Source: Carcharhinus longimanus (Eukaryota). Taken from it: DNA of 64,000 nucleotides. Positions 13,225 to 26,309 of this stretch are shown piece by piece (position 1 is the stretch's first letter; every line of letters starts with the position of its first letter). Under the pieces are notes generated by a model. It was not told the origin of the DNA. It did not search any database and was given only the letters and a program-made list of their open reading frames with translations. The translations under genes were made by a program, and so were the position numbers. Location: assembly GCA_030264375.1 (NCBI GenBank), contig JASCQW010000132.1, forward strand, positions 115,200,416 to 115,264,415, read 5' to 3'.

Positions 13225-14207
13225 CCTACATGTCTCACTTTGTGGCCTCATCTGAAAATGCAATGTCAGATTCCACATATATACTGATGGCACCCAAATA
13301 TACCTCACCATCACCTCCCTTAACTCCTCTGTAGTCTCTAAATTGTCAGACTAGTTGCCTGGCATCTGGTACTGAGTGAGCAGAAGTCATCTTTAACTCA
13401 ACACTGAGAAAATCTCAGCCAATCTTTGCAGTCCTTGCCTCAAACACCATTGTAGAGCCATTAACTCGTTATACAGCCATCAACTCCATCCCTCTCTTCG
13501 TAACTGTCAAAGGCTGAACCAGACTGTTCACAACTTTGGTATCGTATTTGACCCTGAGATGAGCCTCTGGTCACACATCTGAACTATTACTGAAATCGAC
13601 TTTTTCCAGACTGCCCAACTCTGCCCTGTCAAGACAGCACATCAGCTGCTGAAACTTCCATCCATAGCTTTGTTACCTCTAAATCTGACCTTCCCAGTGC
13701 ACTCCTGGTCAACCTCCTGTTTTCCAGCCTTCAAAAATTTAAGCTCATGAATCTGCCCCGAATCCCTTTCACAGGTCATCCCTATCCTCGCTGTCTTACA
13801 CCTGGTTTTTGGAGAAGCAGCACCTCAATTTTAAAATTCTCATTTTCAAATTTCTCCATGGCCTCACTCACCCTTCCTCTGTAATCTCCTACCACCCTCC
13901 AACGTCTCTGTACTCTTCCAATTCTGACCTTTTGTGGATCCCAATTTCTATTCTTCGACCACTTGGAACAGTGTCTTCAGCTGTTACCTGTCTTAAACAC
14001 TGAATTTTCTCCCTCAACCTCTCTGCCTCGCTACCTCTCTTTCCTACTTTAAAATGTTCTTTCAAACCTACCTCTTTGACCAAGCTCTTGCTCACTAGCC
14101 TTATTATCTCCTGAGGCTGTATGTCAAAGTTTGAGACAGTTCCGGCGAAGCACATAGGGATGCTTTACTGGATGAAAGGCGCTACATCAGTTCAAGTTGT
14201 TGTTGTT
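13225..14207 (+). mobile_element. L2 LINE (RT C-terminal part to 3' tail)
   Basis: tatactgatggcacccaaatatacctc (YADDTQLYL-like), FKILIFKFLHGL, tail aaggcgctacatcagttcaagttgttgttgtt. Confidence 0.85.
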
Positions 14208-15782
14208 CACTCACAGAAAAAAAGCATGCACAACTTCACATATCTGGTTTTGGTCTTGAAAAATTAGGGGTGAAATGTTTCCAGCCTCCTGGACAGAAAT
14301 GGAATGCTCTACAAGGATACCCAATTGAAGAATGGAAAAAAAATAAGAGCATTCACACACCCATTGAAACAAAAAAACACTGGAAAAGTCTGCAATACTG
14401 TTTGAAAATAGAAAATCTAAAAATCTATGAACTAAAAATCGGAATGAACTCTGTGTTTCTCTAATAGAGGTGTGGGTGCAGGAGGTTATCATGATTGATG
14501 GCTCCAATCTTCCTTTCTTTATTCCAGATCTCCTGAAATTAAAATTACTGAGCTAGCAGGATTTATGCATGGCTTAATAAACTAGATTTTACTTTTGACT
14601 GTTTGCAGCTGTTAGTGAAGGACTATGACCTTTGTGAATATTTTTGTCTTACTTGTTTTTTCTACTTTGAAGTGGTCATTTATTTTGTTGGTTTTTCCAA
14701 TACAGCCTTTCATTTTAATGTCTTGTTTTGCAAAGCAATCCTTGAGACAGGTTTTCCGGCTAGAACAAAGAACAAAAAATTAACATTGAAACAACAGAAA
14801 AATGAAGGTGCAATGATATTCAGACTTTGGTTAAGGAGGAGTTAGCAGATCATATAGTCGGAAGTTGGTTTCCTGACAACTTCCCACTCACTGTCCCCCG
14901 ATCAGAATGTGGTATTTGATTCGCTGGTTAATAAATACAATCAGCAGCCATGTAAAGGGGAACCATGTTTTCCTGATGCCATAGGAAAGCAGAAAAAGGA
15001 AGTTGGAGACTCCGAGAATTTAGACCACTCTTTTCACTCATATTGTTTAAATATTGCTGCATTGCTCTAGGGCATATGCTTCACAAGTTCTGAGCTAAAT
15101 TTATGCTACGCCACCAGTGAGTGTGAAGGTGGAAGGTTTGGTTTGTTAAATTCAGGAGGCAGCCTGCCCCCCCCTCCCAGTCAACCACCCACTACTGCTC
15201 CATCGCAATGATACTACCAGTGGAGGATGACATTGGTCTACCTCGGGGCCAGGTAAGGCCATTGACTGGCCAGTTAACTCCCACTTAAGTGCCTCATCCC
15301 TGTTGCTGGGCGTTAGCTGGTGGGGGGAGAAGCCAATGCCTGGCGAAAGCTGGTGGGAGGGGAGATTCTTCGTTAATGGGACCCTGTGTCTATCAGAGGG
15401 CTTTCTCTCAAAATGTTTCCAAAAATGCTGCAGGGCAGCTGGTTTTCCCCTTGGTGGGTTCCCTCCCCCCTTGAGTTTTTAGTGTGGGAGCCAGGGAACC
15501 CAGCACCTTGTTTTATTCAGCCCTGTTATACAGTGTTCTACAAACTGTGCATTGTCATTCATGAAACCACAGAATAATAGCTCAATTTTAAAATTAATTG
15601 TTGTTCTGAAATGTTGTGGCAAAACTAATCAGATATATATTTTAAATTGTTGGCCAAGTGCTTATTTAGTCATGAATAAACTGTACCAATGAGAACGTTC
15701 AAACTTAAGGGTCTAATGATTGCCCATAAACTGAAAACTAAACATAATCAAACTAGATGCAATTGGTATATTATGATTTTTG

Positions 15783-16148
15783 TTTCATTCATGGGACATG
15801 GACATCGCTGGCTGGTCAGCATTTACTGTCCATCCTTAGTTGCCCTTGCTCAGAGGGCAGCTGAGAGTCAACCACATTGCTGTGGCTCTGGAGTCGCATA
15901 TAGGCCAGCCTGGGTAAGGATGGCAGATTTCCTTCCCTGAAGGATATTTGTGAACTCGATGGGTTTTTCTGACAATCAACAATGTCTTCATGGTAATCAA
16001 TAGATTCCTAATTCCAGATTTTTAAAAATGAAAGTCAAATTCCACCATCTATCTCACCAAGATGAGATTCAAACCTGGGTCCCTAGAACATTAGCTGAGT
16101 TTCTGGATTAACTGTCTGGCAATAATACCACTAGGCCATTGCCTCCCC
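15783..16148 (-). mobile_element. tRNA-derived SINE (second family)
   Basis: Reverse complement of the copy at 44259-44622; A-box tggcctagtgg, B-box ggtttgaatc. Confidence 0.85.
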
Positions 16149-16239
16149 TGTTGAGGTTGGTTGTGTTACAAGAATATGAGAGTCTAGATCGGTTTCAAAT
16201 TCACTTACATGACATGAGTGTTTTAGATTGTGTGACAGA

Positions 16240-16752
16240 AGAAAGAGCAAGAGCAGGCCATTTAGCACCTCACGTCTAAAACATCATTCAATAAAAATAT
16301 GGCTGATCTGATTTTGGCAGTGACTCCACTTTCCCGCCTGCCTTCCTATCACCTTTTCAGATCAAAAATCTACCTAATTTAGCTTTGAAATATTCAATGA
16401 CTCAGCCTCCAATGTTCTCTGGAATAGAGAATTCCAAAGACTAGTAACACTTTGAGGAAGACATTTCTCCTGTCCTTTGTTTTGAATGGGAGACTCCTTA
16501 TTCTGAAACATGCCCCCATTTCTAGATTCCATTTCTAGATTCCCTCTCAGCATCTACCCTGTCAAACATTCTCAGAACCTATAAGATCACCTCTCATTGT
16601 TCAAAATTCCAATGAGTGTAGGCCCATTCTGCTCAATCTTTCATCGTAAGACAACCCCTTCATTCCAGAGACAACCTGATGATCCTTCTCTGAACTATTT
16701 CTAATGCAAGTATATTGACCCTTAAATAAGGAAACTAAAACTGTACACAGTG
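16240..16752 (-). mobile_element. CR1 3' fragment
   Basis: agagcaggccatttagc..tggctgatctg..tagagaattccaaaga..gatcacctctcatt matches CR1 3' ORF2/UTR reversed. Confidence 0.75.
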
Positions 16753-17382
16753 AAAGAACATGCTATCAAAGAAACAATGTTATGTAATTCTATAAAATTT
16801 GACATTCACAGATGATCTTTCATGTATGAAAGATGGATAGACAAAAGATTCCTTAGGGTCATGTACATGTGCTTGTTGTACCTGATGCTATGTTCGGGTA
16901 ACATTAAAACTGTGTGTGTACGTTTCTATGTTACTTTTATTGTAAATATAAATATTTCATAATGGTCATGTTCTCTAGTTCAAAAAAACCCCAAACCTTT
17001 CTGAATTGAGTGACAGACTTCTGAGGCTAGTATAAAATAATAAAAGCGTGTTTCAGATGAGCTCATGTTTGTTGCAACATTTTGATTGATTGCCAAAAGT
17101 TAGTTAAGACTAGTTGGGTTTAATAGTTCATAATTTTTCCCATCTACTGTAGTTGTTTTCTCATCAAGTGCTCAGGTTGATGACAACATCACGTGATTAT
17201 TATATATGGAAATGAAAAGCGCATGTTTGAATTCTTTACTGGCTGTACGAATGTGTGACTGTTCACCTGTAATGAAGCAAATAATAATTTATAAATCAAA
17301 TGAAATAGAAGTATTTCTAAGAAGGTTCAAGGTTATCCACTAAATCTGATGCTTGAATAATGATGTAATGGGTTTACTGAGA

Positions 17383-17660
17383 TTTGGGTCACTGTCTGTG
17401 TGGAATTTGCACATTCTCCTCGTGTCTGCGTGACTTTCCTCCGGGTGCTCCGGTTTCCTCCCACAGTCCAAAGATGTGCAGGTTTTGATTGTCCATGCTA
17501 AAAAAAAATTGCCCTTAGTGTCCTGTGATGTGTAGGTTAGAGGGATTGGTGGGTATATATTTGGGGATATGGGGGTAGGGCCTGGGATTGTGTTCGGTGC
17601 GGACTCGATGGGCCAAATGACCTCTTTCTGTACTGTAGGATTTCTATGATTCTATGATTC
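17383..17660 (+). mobile_element. HE1-like V-SINE, 5'-truncated, CR1/HER1-type tail
   Basis: V core plus tail gactcgatgggccaaatgacctc..ctgtactgtaggatttctatgattctatgattc. Confidence 0.85.
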
Positions 17661-18129
17661 TGTGCTCGCACTAATTGTCCCAAGTTCCTATGTTCAGTTG
17701 TGTTAAGCAAGATGAACAACTTTACTATTTACGATTTCACACAGGACACATACATTTCTTTTTAACTTGAAAGTAGCGTTGATAACATCATTTGACCTTA
17801 AGATTTTCCTGCTGGTTAGTGTATTTTTAAGTAAAAAGTGCAAGTTTCACGAGTTCATGGTGACTGAATAAGACAAATTATGTTTATTTTTAATATTCGT
17901 CTAATTTTAAAATAATTTTTCTCATCCCATATAGATGTTAAGTTAAAGAATTAGCATAAAAGTTTACAAGAATTTAGGGGCAGTTTACCAAAGAAATGTT
18001 TAGACCTTCCATGAAGATCCAATTTGGCCTTGTGCTTGAAGGAAACAAGTTGAAGGACAAACATTTTCGCAATCACTCATATTGTGAATTCCAGTAAAGC
18101 GAAGAACTTTTCACAAACCAGAAAATCAG

Positions 18130-18420
18130 ATCCAAGATGCAGCTGCCTTAAGCTTTTCCCCATTCATGGATATGCCTTCAGCTGCCTATGTCCAAGCTCT
18201 AAAATTCCATTTCACATCCCTCTATCTCACAACTTTGCTTTCCACCTCAACACACTTCTTGAAACTTATCTCTGACCATTCTTTTGGTCATTGATCTAAT
18301 ACTTCTTTGTGTGGCTTGGCGTTATGCTTCGTCTTATAATGCTTCGGTGGAGTACCATGGGGCATTTCATTATATTAAATATGCTGTATAAATATAAATA
18401 ATACATGTCGCTGCTGTTGA
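18130..18420 (+). mobile_element. L2 3' fragment
   Basis: gccttcagctgcctatgtccaagctctaaaattcc and tail gcttcggtggagtaccatggggcatttcattatattaaatatgctgtataaat. Confidence 0.6.
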
Positions 18421-18469
18421 AAGCTGAAGAGTAACTTCATTTTACACAAACAAGTCTCCCACAGATCAT

Positions 18470-18900
18470 TGAACCTCTAAAGGTAGCAGATGGTGCTTGA
18501 ATATGAGGGCTACTCGAAGGATGTGGTAGCTGAAGATCCTCTGCACAGGAAAGCTACAACAGAAACCACATGAGCACGAATAGTAATTGGACAAGCCATT
18601 GGGCTGCAGAAGATGTGATTCAGCTGTCTGGGCTGATCTGGGGAAACACAGTAAGAAGTCATACAACAACAGGTTAAAGTCCAAGAGGTTTATTTGGTAA
18701 TAAAAGCCATTAGCTTTTGGAGCGCTACTTCTTGAGGGCACCAGAGAAGATACCTTGAATCATAGTGAGATACGCTGTGCCATGCACACCATAGCACAGC
18801 AAAGAAGACTTGAGCTCTAGGAGGAGGAAGGTGATGACTATGCTGCATCTTTAGAGAAGGGGAAGGAGCCTGATGTAACCAGGGTCTCTGCAGCCCCCCT
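18470..18900 (+). pseudogene. Harbinger DDE transposase C-terminal remnant
   Basis: Frameshifted YNRNHMST..IGQAIGLQKM*FSCL, then HTIAQQRRLEL*EEE; resembles HARBI1-like YN..H..TR.VIE.AIGLLK.RFRCL and CC.LHN motifs. Confidence 0.75.
18638..18733 (-). mobile_element. Penelope-derived short element inserted in the Harbinger transposase
   Basis: cacagtaagaagtc..aggttaaagtccaagaggtttatttgg..agcttttggagcgct is the reverse complement of the family arm; ribozyme core truncated. Confidence 0.75.
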
Positions 18901-19167
18901 GATAACTGCCAGAGTGCCTGACGTGAACACATGGAAGCACAATTCAGCTAATCAAAACCTGTGCTGCTATTTGTTCATCAATGATGAACTTACTATATGC
19001 TGCCCCGACAACAACAACAACAGAACTTCCACAGTTAAAGATCTTTCCATTTCTCTGACACCCACAGCTCTTCTCCCACAGTCTTTTACTTTGAGGCTGA
19101 TATTAAGTTGGCAGACAAGAGACAACAATGGAAAGGAATGGACAGTGGACACTTGGAATAAAATCTA

Positions 19168-19335
19168 TGGCTGATATTTGCTAGTCGTTCCTGCCAGGAA
19201 GATCTTTGGTCCAGCCAATGGCACCCCCGCTGCAGGGTCTCTGGCAGCAGAGAATGTGAATAGGAAAAACCATCGATAGTGGTGGGACTGGAAGATCCTG
19301 CCACTGCCAAATGGCTTGCTGCCTCTCCTGCCATA
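19168..19335. mobile_element. MITE-like insertion (family of 26122-26295)
   Basis: Shares gtgggact/ccagaagatcctgc and ccaatggcacccc-type internal motifs with the 26.1 kb copy. Confidence 0.5.
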
Positions 19336-20179
19336 AAGTAAACTATGAGGAGGATGGAAAAGCCTGCTCTATGGTTCTAAATGGCCAGAGTTGAAGACAC
19401 CTAAGTGATTCCCCTAAAGAAACATCAACTTTTTTCTTTTTCATGTTCCTTTAACTTTTGCATGGTTCTACCTCTTTCGCTACAGAGCTCCTGATAGACA
19501 GTTTGTTTGCCAACTTTGCCTACAGTAATATTTGTGTATGCAATCCCTGCCTTTTGGAGCCAAAGCCTGCCCCACCTACAACTGGACATAGATTGGCTTG
19601 GCATCATGACTACAGCTTTGAGTAAAGTGGTGGGAAAGCAAGAGGAATGGAATAGGAGTACCTTGAACATGCTTTGATATGTACTTTGATATGTCCTTTT
19701 TTTTCATCTTCCCTTTCATGGTGCACCTGTTGTTCCCTATAAACCAACAGCTGGAGGACACTTCGCTGCCTTAATTGAGGCACTCAACAGCAAAGTAAAC
19801 ATTACCTCCATCCTATTTATTCTGGCAGACTGTATGTGCAGGCAATTGGTGAGAGCCAGCATGCACTCGGTTATGCCATATCTGATGTACCATATAGTTG
19901 GCCATCCTTTCCATGAATGTAGACATCTGGGCAGAAGTTTGGAACACTATGACACTCATGCTAGAGAGGGACTTTTTACATCTCTCTCAAGTAGTATGCA
20001 GTGTCACTGGTAATGCTGATAGATCTCTCACATTTTCAGCTGCTGCATCAGAATAGTATTTTTGGTCTATTAATCCTGAGGTGCAGCATCTGTGTCCGAC
20101 TAATCAAAGCATGGAGTGTATTACATCCTCTGACAGGACTCTGTATTTCTGTACTTGTCTCTAATCACTGCTCTTGTTG

Positions 20180-20955
20180 ATTTGTAACATGTGGCTCATC
20201 ATCTTAAAACCTAACTTGGAGAACCTTATAAGATGCGTGTCACTCAGCTGGCGGAGGGTGCATGAGTTGTGTGACCGTGCTTCCTTCAACCTCTTTCAAG
20301 AAGCTCATATCTTCCTCCTTCACCATCTTCTGCATCATACTTGAAGGATCTATAGGATATGAAAGATGTGAATTAGATAAGAGTGCATATTGGTGATGAG
20401 TCTTGAGATGGGGATGTGAAGAGGTGCCTCTGGGAATGAGAGAGGAATGGATGAAGCTGCAAGGTGTGTTGGTCCAAGCACTGCTTCTCAAGATGAGGCC
20501 GGGACTGCCTAACGAGAGGGTTGACACTTGAATGTGATGTGCCACACACCATTTCGACCCCAATGAAGTCATTGAATTTCAAGTGGGAACTTGAGCAAGG
20601 GACCTCATTTCTGCTGCTAAACTCTGCAGTTGTGCCAGCTTGGTTTCAGCTGGCCTCTTTCTCCTGTCCGCACGAACTCCAGGGATACGTCAGAGGACTG
20701 GGGTAGAGCTGTAGACTGACAGCATATCCATGTTGATACTCCATCAGTATACACAATTCTAGAATGGAACAATTCTGTCACTTTCCAGGGTCCCTTTAAA
20801 TAGAGTCTTGAACATTCAGTCCAAGTTGTGATCACGCTGATGCACTGTGGTCGGGAAACGTGGAAACAGGATGGAAATGCTGTTTCACAAATTTTTAGAT
20901 TCTTGATCTACTGCTGGCCTTCATGTGAGCTGGTGCAAAAGTTAAAATTCTGTCC
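20180..20955 (-). pseudogene. Harbinger Myb/SANT gene remnant and TIR, convergent with the transposase at 18.5 kb
   Basis: Minus strand ALPQSSDVSLE (APRFSDASLE-like) and KFNDF; aaaattctgtcc TIR-like end near 20955. Confidence 0.5.
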
Positions 20956-21598
20956 GTAGTTTTGTATTTGATTGTGGATCTCATGTGAGTCGTAATTTCT
21001 GTTAATGGAGCAAAATAGTCCTTCATAGACTACAGGAACCAACAGATGGGTGCAGCTAAAACACTCGGATGAGATACTCAGACACTCAACACCATCCACG
21101 ATGGAAACAGTTTGCTTGATGAATGTGCCTGCTACTAGACTCATTATGCACTCCTACCACCAACACAGTATGTACAATCTACAGCTTGCACAGCAGCAAC
21201 TCACCAAACTAACTTTGACAGCAGTGCCTTTCTTTGAGACTTTGAGCATGAGTTGTAATGTGTGCAGCATCAGTTGGCACTAATTTAAAGTCTATTGTAT
21301 GGTTTTAGGCATAATTTCAACTTGCGGAGTCAAAAGTCATCAATTAATGCATTTGACATTTTGTGCAGTTTATTATCCTGGTGTAATATCAAGTCAGAAA
21401 TCTCAGTTCCAATGATTGTTAAAAAACCATTTCATCTTTGCTCCTATGATTAGCAACACCCTCTGAATCTCGCTATCAAATTATCTTTGTACCTTGATAT
21501 ATTATCCCTTGTACCTGGCCTGTATCTGTTGTTTGTAATTTTTAAAAGGTATAATAACCATTCAAAGCTGTCATTTTTTTCAATTTTCTTCAGACTCC

Positions 21599-22320
21599 AG
21601 AGCCTGAATTTTCAAGATGACAGGATCTTATCCCACACCACCCAAAGAATTGGCAGGAAATACATTCCTGCATACTCCAAAAGCCCCAATGCCATCTTAG
21701 ACTTGCATAAGGCCTGACTTCCGCCCCTCACCTGGGTGGAAGTCCAGCCTTGGAAAGCTGCTGGCCATCAGATAGGCCAACAGCTCTCCAGACCGTCCAG
21801 GCATGGCGCTCTAGTGCCGAGAAGAGACACTGCAGGAAGAGGCAGTCTAGGAAGCTGATTGGCACTAAGTCCCAGGAACTTGAGGACAGATAAGCAGCAG
21901 GCATCCCAAGATGGGGAGGGTATGGAATGCCTGGAGTATACGAGGGTGGCAGAGAACATCTGGGTGGTTCTGAGAGAGGTGACTGAGGTCTCAGGGATAG
22001 ATGGGTGGGGGTGGCAGGGTTTGGAGGGTCACATCGTCAAAAGGAGGCTCCTGTTGGAGGTGCCTCACCACCCCTTCCAACTCAAGATCCATCAATGTTA
22101 ATTTATGTGTTTCCCTTCTCTGAACTGTTTTCTGCCCGCCAGCCTAAACATTGAGGGTAGGCATGAAAAAGCACATAAGTTGCTATGGGCAAGGGCAGGC
22201 TTCCATTTCAAGTCCTGCCTACCCCAACGTAAAATCTCTGCCAGGGTGGGGTGGCCAGACACACACACTCACCCACCCCAGCTCAGAACCTGCACCAAGG
22301 GGCTGTAAAACTCTGTCCCA
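21599..22320. mobile_element. Non-autonomous DNA element with Harbinger-type ends
   Basis: Starts gagcctgaattttc and ends gtaaaactctgtccc, with GC-rich interior. Confidence 0.45.
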
Positions 22321-22459
22321 GATTTTTTGTTAAAGTGAAATATGTTGTTATTCTTTTTTCTATGTTTCATCTTGCCATTTATCTTGAACAACATGATTCC
22401 CAATTGCTTTGAAACCTCCACAAAGAATGCATTCTTGGAGTTAGTTCTGAGCTTTCTAC

Positions 22460-23420
22460 TACAACATAACTACTTGTATTTGTATATGCCATCAGCATGA
22501 TAAACATACCCAGACACTTCAGAGAGGCATTATAAATCCAACTTTGACACTGAATCACGTAAAGGAGATATTAGAGGATCAAAGAAATAAGTTTAAAGGA
22601 GGAAAGAGAGTTCCTTACAGTCTTGGAAGATGAAGACATGACCAACAATGGTGGAGCACTTGAAATTGAGAAAATGCTCTCATTAGGCCAGAATTAGAGG
22701 CGCACAGGTACCTCAGGGGTGAACAGGTTGAAATTACAAAGGTAGGGAGGCACAAGGTAGTGGAGGAATTTGAAAACAAGGATGAATATTTTACAATCGA
22801 CATATGGCTTAATGAAGAGCCAGTGTAGGTCAGCGAGTACAGGGGTGATGGATGAACCTGGTGGGAGGTAGCACATGGACAGCAGAATTATGGATGACCT
22901 CAAGCTTGTGGAGGGTAACATATGGAAGGACAGCCATGAGAGTGTTGAAATACTTATGTGAAGGTAACAAAGGAAGAATTAAGTGTTTCAGGAACAGATT
23001 AATTGAGGCAAGGTTGGTGATGGGAGGTGTTATGGAGATGGGTATAGTAATGGTGTGCATATATGGTTGAAAGCACATCTTGTGTGACGCCAAGGTTGCA
23101 AACTGTCTGGTTCAATTACAGACAATGGCCAGGAAGAATAGAATTGGTAACTAGGAAGCTGAGTTGATTGCAGGACTTGAAAACAATGACTTTGGTTTTC
23201 CCAAAATTTAATTGGAGATTTCTGTATATCCAATATTTAATGTCACACAAGCAGTTTGGCAACTTAGACATCACAGTGGGATGGAGATCATGGTAATAGC
23301 GGTGGAGCTTCGTGTCACCCGCATATGTGTAGAAACTGGTGCTGTTTTTTGAACAATGTTGCCAAGGGGTAGTCTGTAGTAGGTGGTCAAGAATAGATCT
23401 TGGGGGACACCAGAGACTAT
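22460..23420 (-). mobile_element. L2 LINE fragment
   Basis: Minus strand ITPVLADLHWL, KIFILVFKFLH, GVPQD; L2 tail reversed at 22460-22530. Confidence 0.8.
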
Positions 23421-23424
23421 CCTA

Positions 23425-23763
23425 CAAGATGTTGAGATGGAATAGATCAGGTGGATTCTCAGGCTATTTCCCAGGGCTGAAATGGTCGCTATGAGAGGAC
23501 ACAGGTTTAAGGTGCTGGGGAGTAGGTACAGAGGAGATGTCAGAGGTAAGTTTTTCACTGAGGGTGGTGGGTGAGTGGAATCGGCTGCCATCGGTGATGG
23601 TGGAGGCGAACTCATTGGAGTCTTTTAAGAGACTTCTGGATGAGTACATGGGATTTAATGGGATTGAGGGTTATAGGTAGTCCAAGTAGGTAGGGATATG
23701 ATCAGCGCAACTTGTGTGCTGAGGGGCCTGTTTCTGCTGTAATTTTCCATGTTCTATGTTCTA
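23425..23763 (+). mobile_element. Young CR1 3' end
   Basis: LFPRAE..RGHRFKVLG.RYRGDVRGKFF..VVGEWNRLP and tail gggcctgtttctgctgtaa..atgttctatgttcta. Confidence 0.9.
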
Positions 23764-24167
23764 AGAATTGGAAGAGAAACCTAGAAGCTGATTCTTTGTT
23801 TACGTTTAGATAAATAAAAATATAACCAAGTGAAAGCAGTCCCACCAGCTGGACATATTTGGAAAAGTATTGGCGGAGGATGATATGGGCAACCAAGTCA
23901 AAGGCAAGCCAAGACATGATAGGTTTTCTTTCTCATAGTTACATACTATGTAACTTTGGTAAGAACTATTTTGGTTGTGGCAGGGATGGAAACCCAATTG
24001 GAGGGATTCAATCATTTGTACCATTAGTGGAGAATTTGAGAAGTACTTTGTTGCTTGTCACTAAGTGAGTGAATCATCAAAAATAAAAAATTGAGTTTTT
24101 TATCACTTGTCTTGTGCAGTTTTTTAGTTGGATAATTTCTAAATATTGATCATTTTATTTCTTTCAG

Positions 24168-24230
24168 AAAAAGCAGAGAACCAGGGTGCTGTCCCAGCTG
24201 TTTCAGTCCTATAAACCATATGATCATAAG
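24168..24230 (+). CDS. Putative 63-bp internal exon of an unidentified host gene
   Basis: Acceptor cattttatttctttcag, donor AAG|gtaaga, in unique sequence. Two open frames: KKQRTRVLSQLFQSYKPYDHK or KSREPGCCPSCFSPINHMII. Confidence 0.55.
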
Positions 24231-24849
24231 GTAAGATGGCTATGATATGCGTTGTGGGATAATATTAATATTTTGTGAAAAATTAGACATTGTGCATCAT
24301 TTATAACAAGTGCAGAATGCATGAAAATAAGGACTAGATACAAAATGCCATGTTCCTTTTTGCCAAATCTTTAACAGGATGGCTACCTACTGTAGCACAG
24401 CAGAATTTGGCAGATTAGGTGTGAGAATAGGGTTTTCACAAATGGCCACCAATTGGTGTAAACCAGAGCTCCTAATAATGGTTTTTTCCATCAGTAATGA
24501 AGATTACACCAACTTGCAAGTTTTGACGTCAGAATGTTGTTGTCTTAAAATATTGAGGCTGATTTATGGAACTCGTACATCAGTTAATTTTGGTGTGAAA
24601 TCAATATTTGAATCTGTTTTTGTTGTCTTTGGACAGTTAGAATATTGTTGCATTTTCTAGGCTTTTTTCCTTGGTTTATTCTCTGCGGCTCCTGGCTCTC
24701 ATTTTCCTAGAGAGGTTTATTGGTTGGGGAGAAACTGTTGGACCAGACTTCTTGATAAATCCTAAAATACTGATTTCAGAAACGGAAAGTAAAAGTTAGC
24801 AAAGCAGAAAGACAAAGACGTACTGTATCTTCAGCAGGAAGAACATGTG

Positions 24850-25030
24850 AATGAGTAATACAAAGAAGCAGAGTCTTTAGCTGCTTGAGCTTAATAAAAA
24901 AATGTTCAAGGAAGTGAATCTTGCAAACACAGATGCACAGTTTTCTATTCCTTCATCCAAGCCATTTAGATCTATGATAAAAAGCAGAAGTATCAATATA
25001 AACCCATGGAGAACATCATCCTTCATGGAT
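24850..25030 (-). mobile_element. Ancient CR1 RT fragment
   Basis: VLHGFILILLLFIIDLNGLDEGIENCASVFA resembles VPQGSVLGPLLFLIYINDLDEG..ISKFADD. Confidence 0.7.
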
Positions 25031-25104
25031 ATGTCACCTTTATTCCCTTTGTCCATCTTTGTCCAAGGCCATGTCACAAGACTACCTTCAATTCCATGCT
25101 AATG

Positions 25105-25232
25105 AAAACAGATATTGCTGGAAATACTCAGCAGGTCTGGTAGCATCTATGGAGAGAGAAACAAAGTAATGTTTCGAGTCCTCACAGACCTGCTGAGTCT
25201 TTCCAGCATTTCTGTTTTTATTTCAGATTTCC
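25105..25232. mobile_element. Older Penelope-type 3'-end fold-back element
   Basis: Imperfect inverted arms aaaacagatattgctggaaatactcagcaggtctg / cagacctgctgagtctttccagcatttctgtttt; the minus strand retains ctcgaaac. Confidence 0.6.
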
Positions 25233-26121
25233 ATGACCTACCTTTCATAAATTCGTGTTGATTCACTTTGATCAGGTCATACTTGTCGAGGTGTTCAGTC
25301 ACTGTTCCTGAAAGATTTTAATAACTTCCCATAACCTGTGTGAACCTGGCAAATCTGCAAATTCTTAGTCATTCCTTTTTTTCCTTAACTGGGGAGTGAC
25401 AAAGGCAATTTTCAAACCCAAAGGTGCGGTTCCCAAATCTGAAGAATTTTGGGAGGTAAAATCAGTTGTTTCCTGTAATGTCCAAACCATGTTAGGCGTT
25501 GTGGACGTTAAACAAAAAGAAAAGGATGTGGTTTGCACGCACATATTCAAAATAACAATAGATTTATAGTAGAAACTGCTGCCTGTACGGAGTAGAAATT
25601 TAAACTAAAACAGCAGTCTGTGAAGACCCCAGTGACAGCACCATCAAATCATATGACTGGGTCTTAAAGCAAGCATGCAGCCATTTAAAAATATAAAATA
25701 TCCAAACCTATTTCTTTGAATACCCTGGGACGGAAATGATTGAGCTCTGTAAATTTGACTATCCTAAATCCCATTACTTCCGTGTTATTATTTTTATAAC
25801 GATAGGTTAAAATTTGTTAATGCAGTGTCGTTTCAAAGCCACATTAATATAAACTGTAGATTGCACCTGGTCAGGCATAACTTCAGGCTGCAAGCTGCAC
25901 AGTCTGCATGGGTTTCCTCTTGACATTAATAGAAAAACTCATGCAGATAGCAACCAGCAGTGCTGTATGTTCCCAAGGAATCAATGTAGTCTGCATTGCA
26001 CTGTTTTAAAACAGCACGACACAAACAAATGTTTAGTCCAATGAATTCCTTTCCTTTACATGTTCGTTCCCTTCCACTGCTGGTACTTTGTCATCTTCCT
26101 CTGTTGTGAAATTAGAAACAA

Positions 26122-26295
26122 GGGGCCAGATTTCCCACGCAACCCACTGCGTGTTTCGAGCCATTGGCCTGTGGTGGGATCTTGTGATCCCGCTGTTATG
26201 AACAGGGTTTCCCATTGAATGCACCCCTTGTCAGAGTGGGCCATCAGTGGGACCAGAAGATCCTGCTGGCGTAAGCGGCCGGCAGATTCCAGCCA
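26122..26295. mobile_element. MITE
   Basis: Ends ggccagatttccc / ggcagattccagcc with internal hairpin gggatcttgtgatccc. Confidence 0.55.
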
Positions 26296-26309
26296 GAGTC
26301 TTAACAGGT

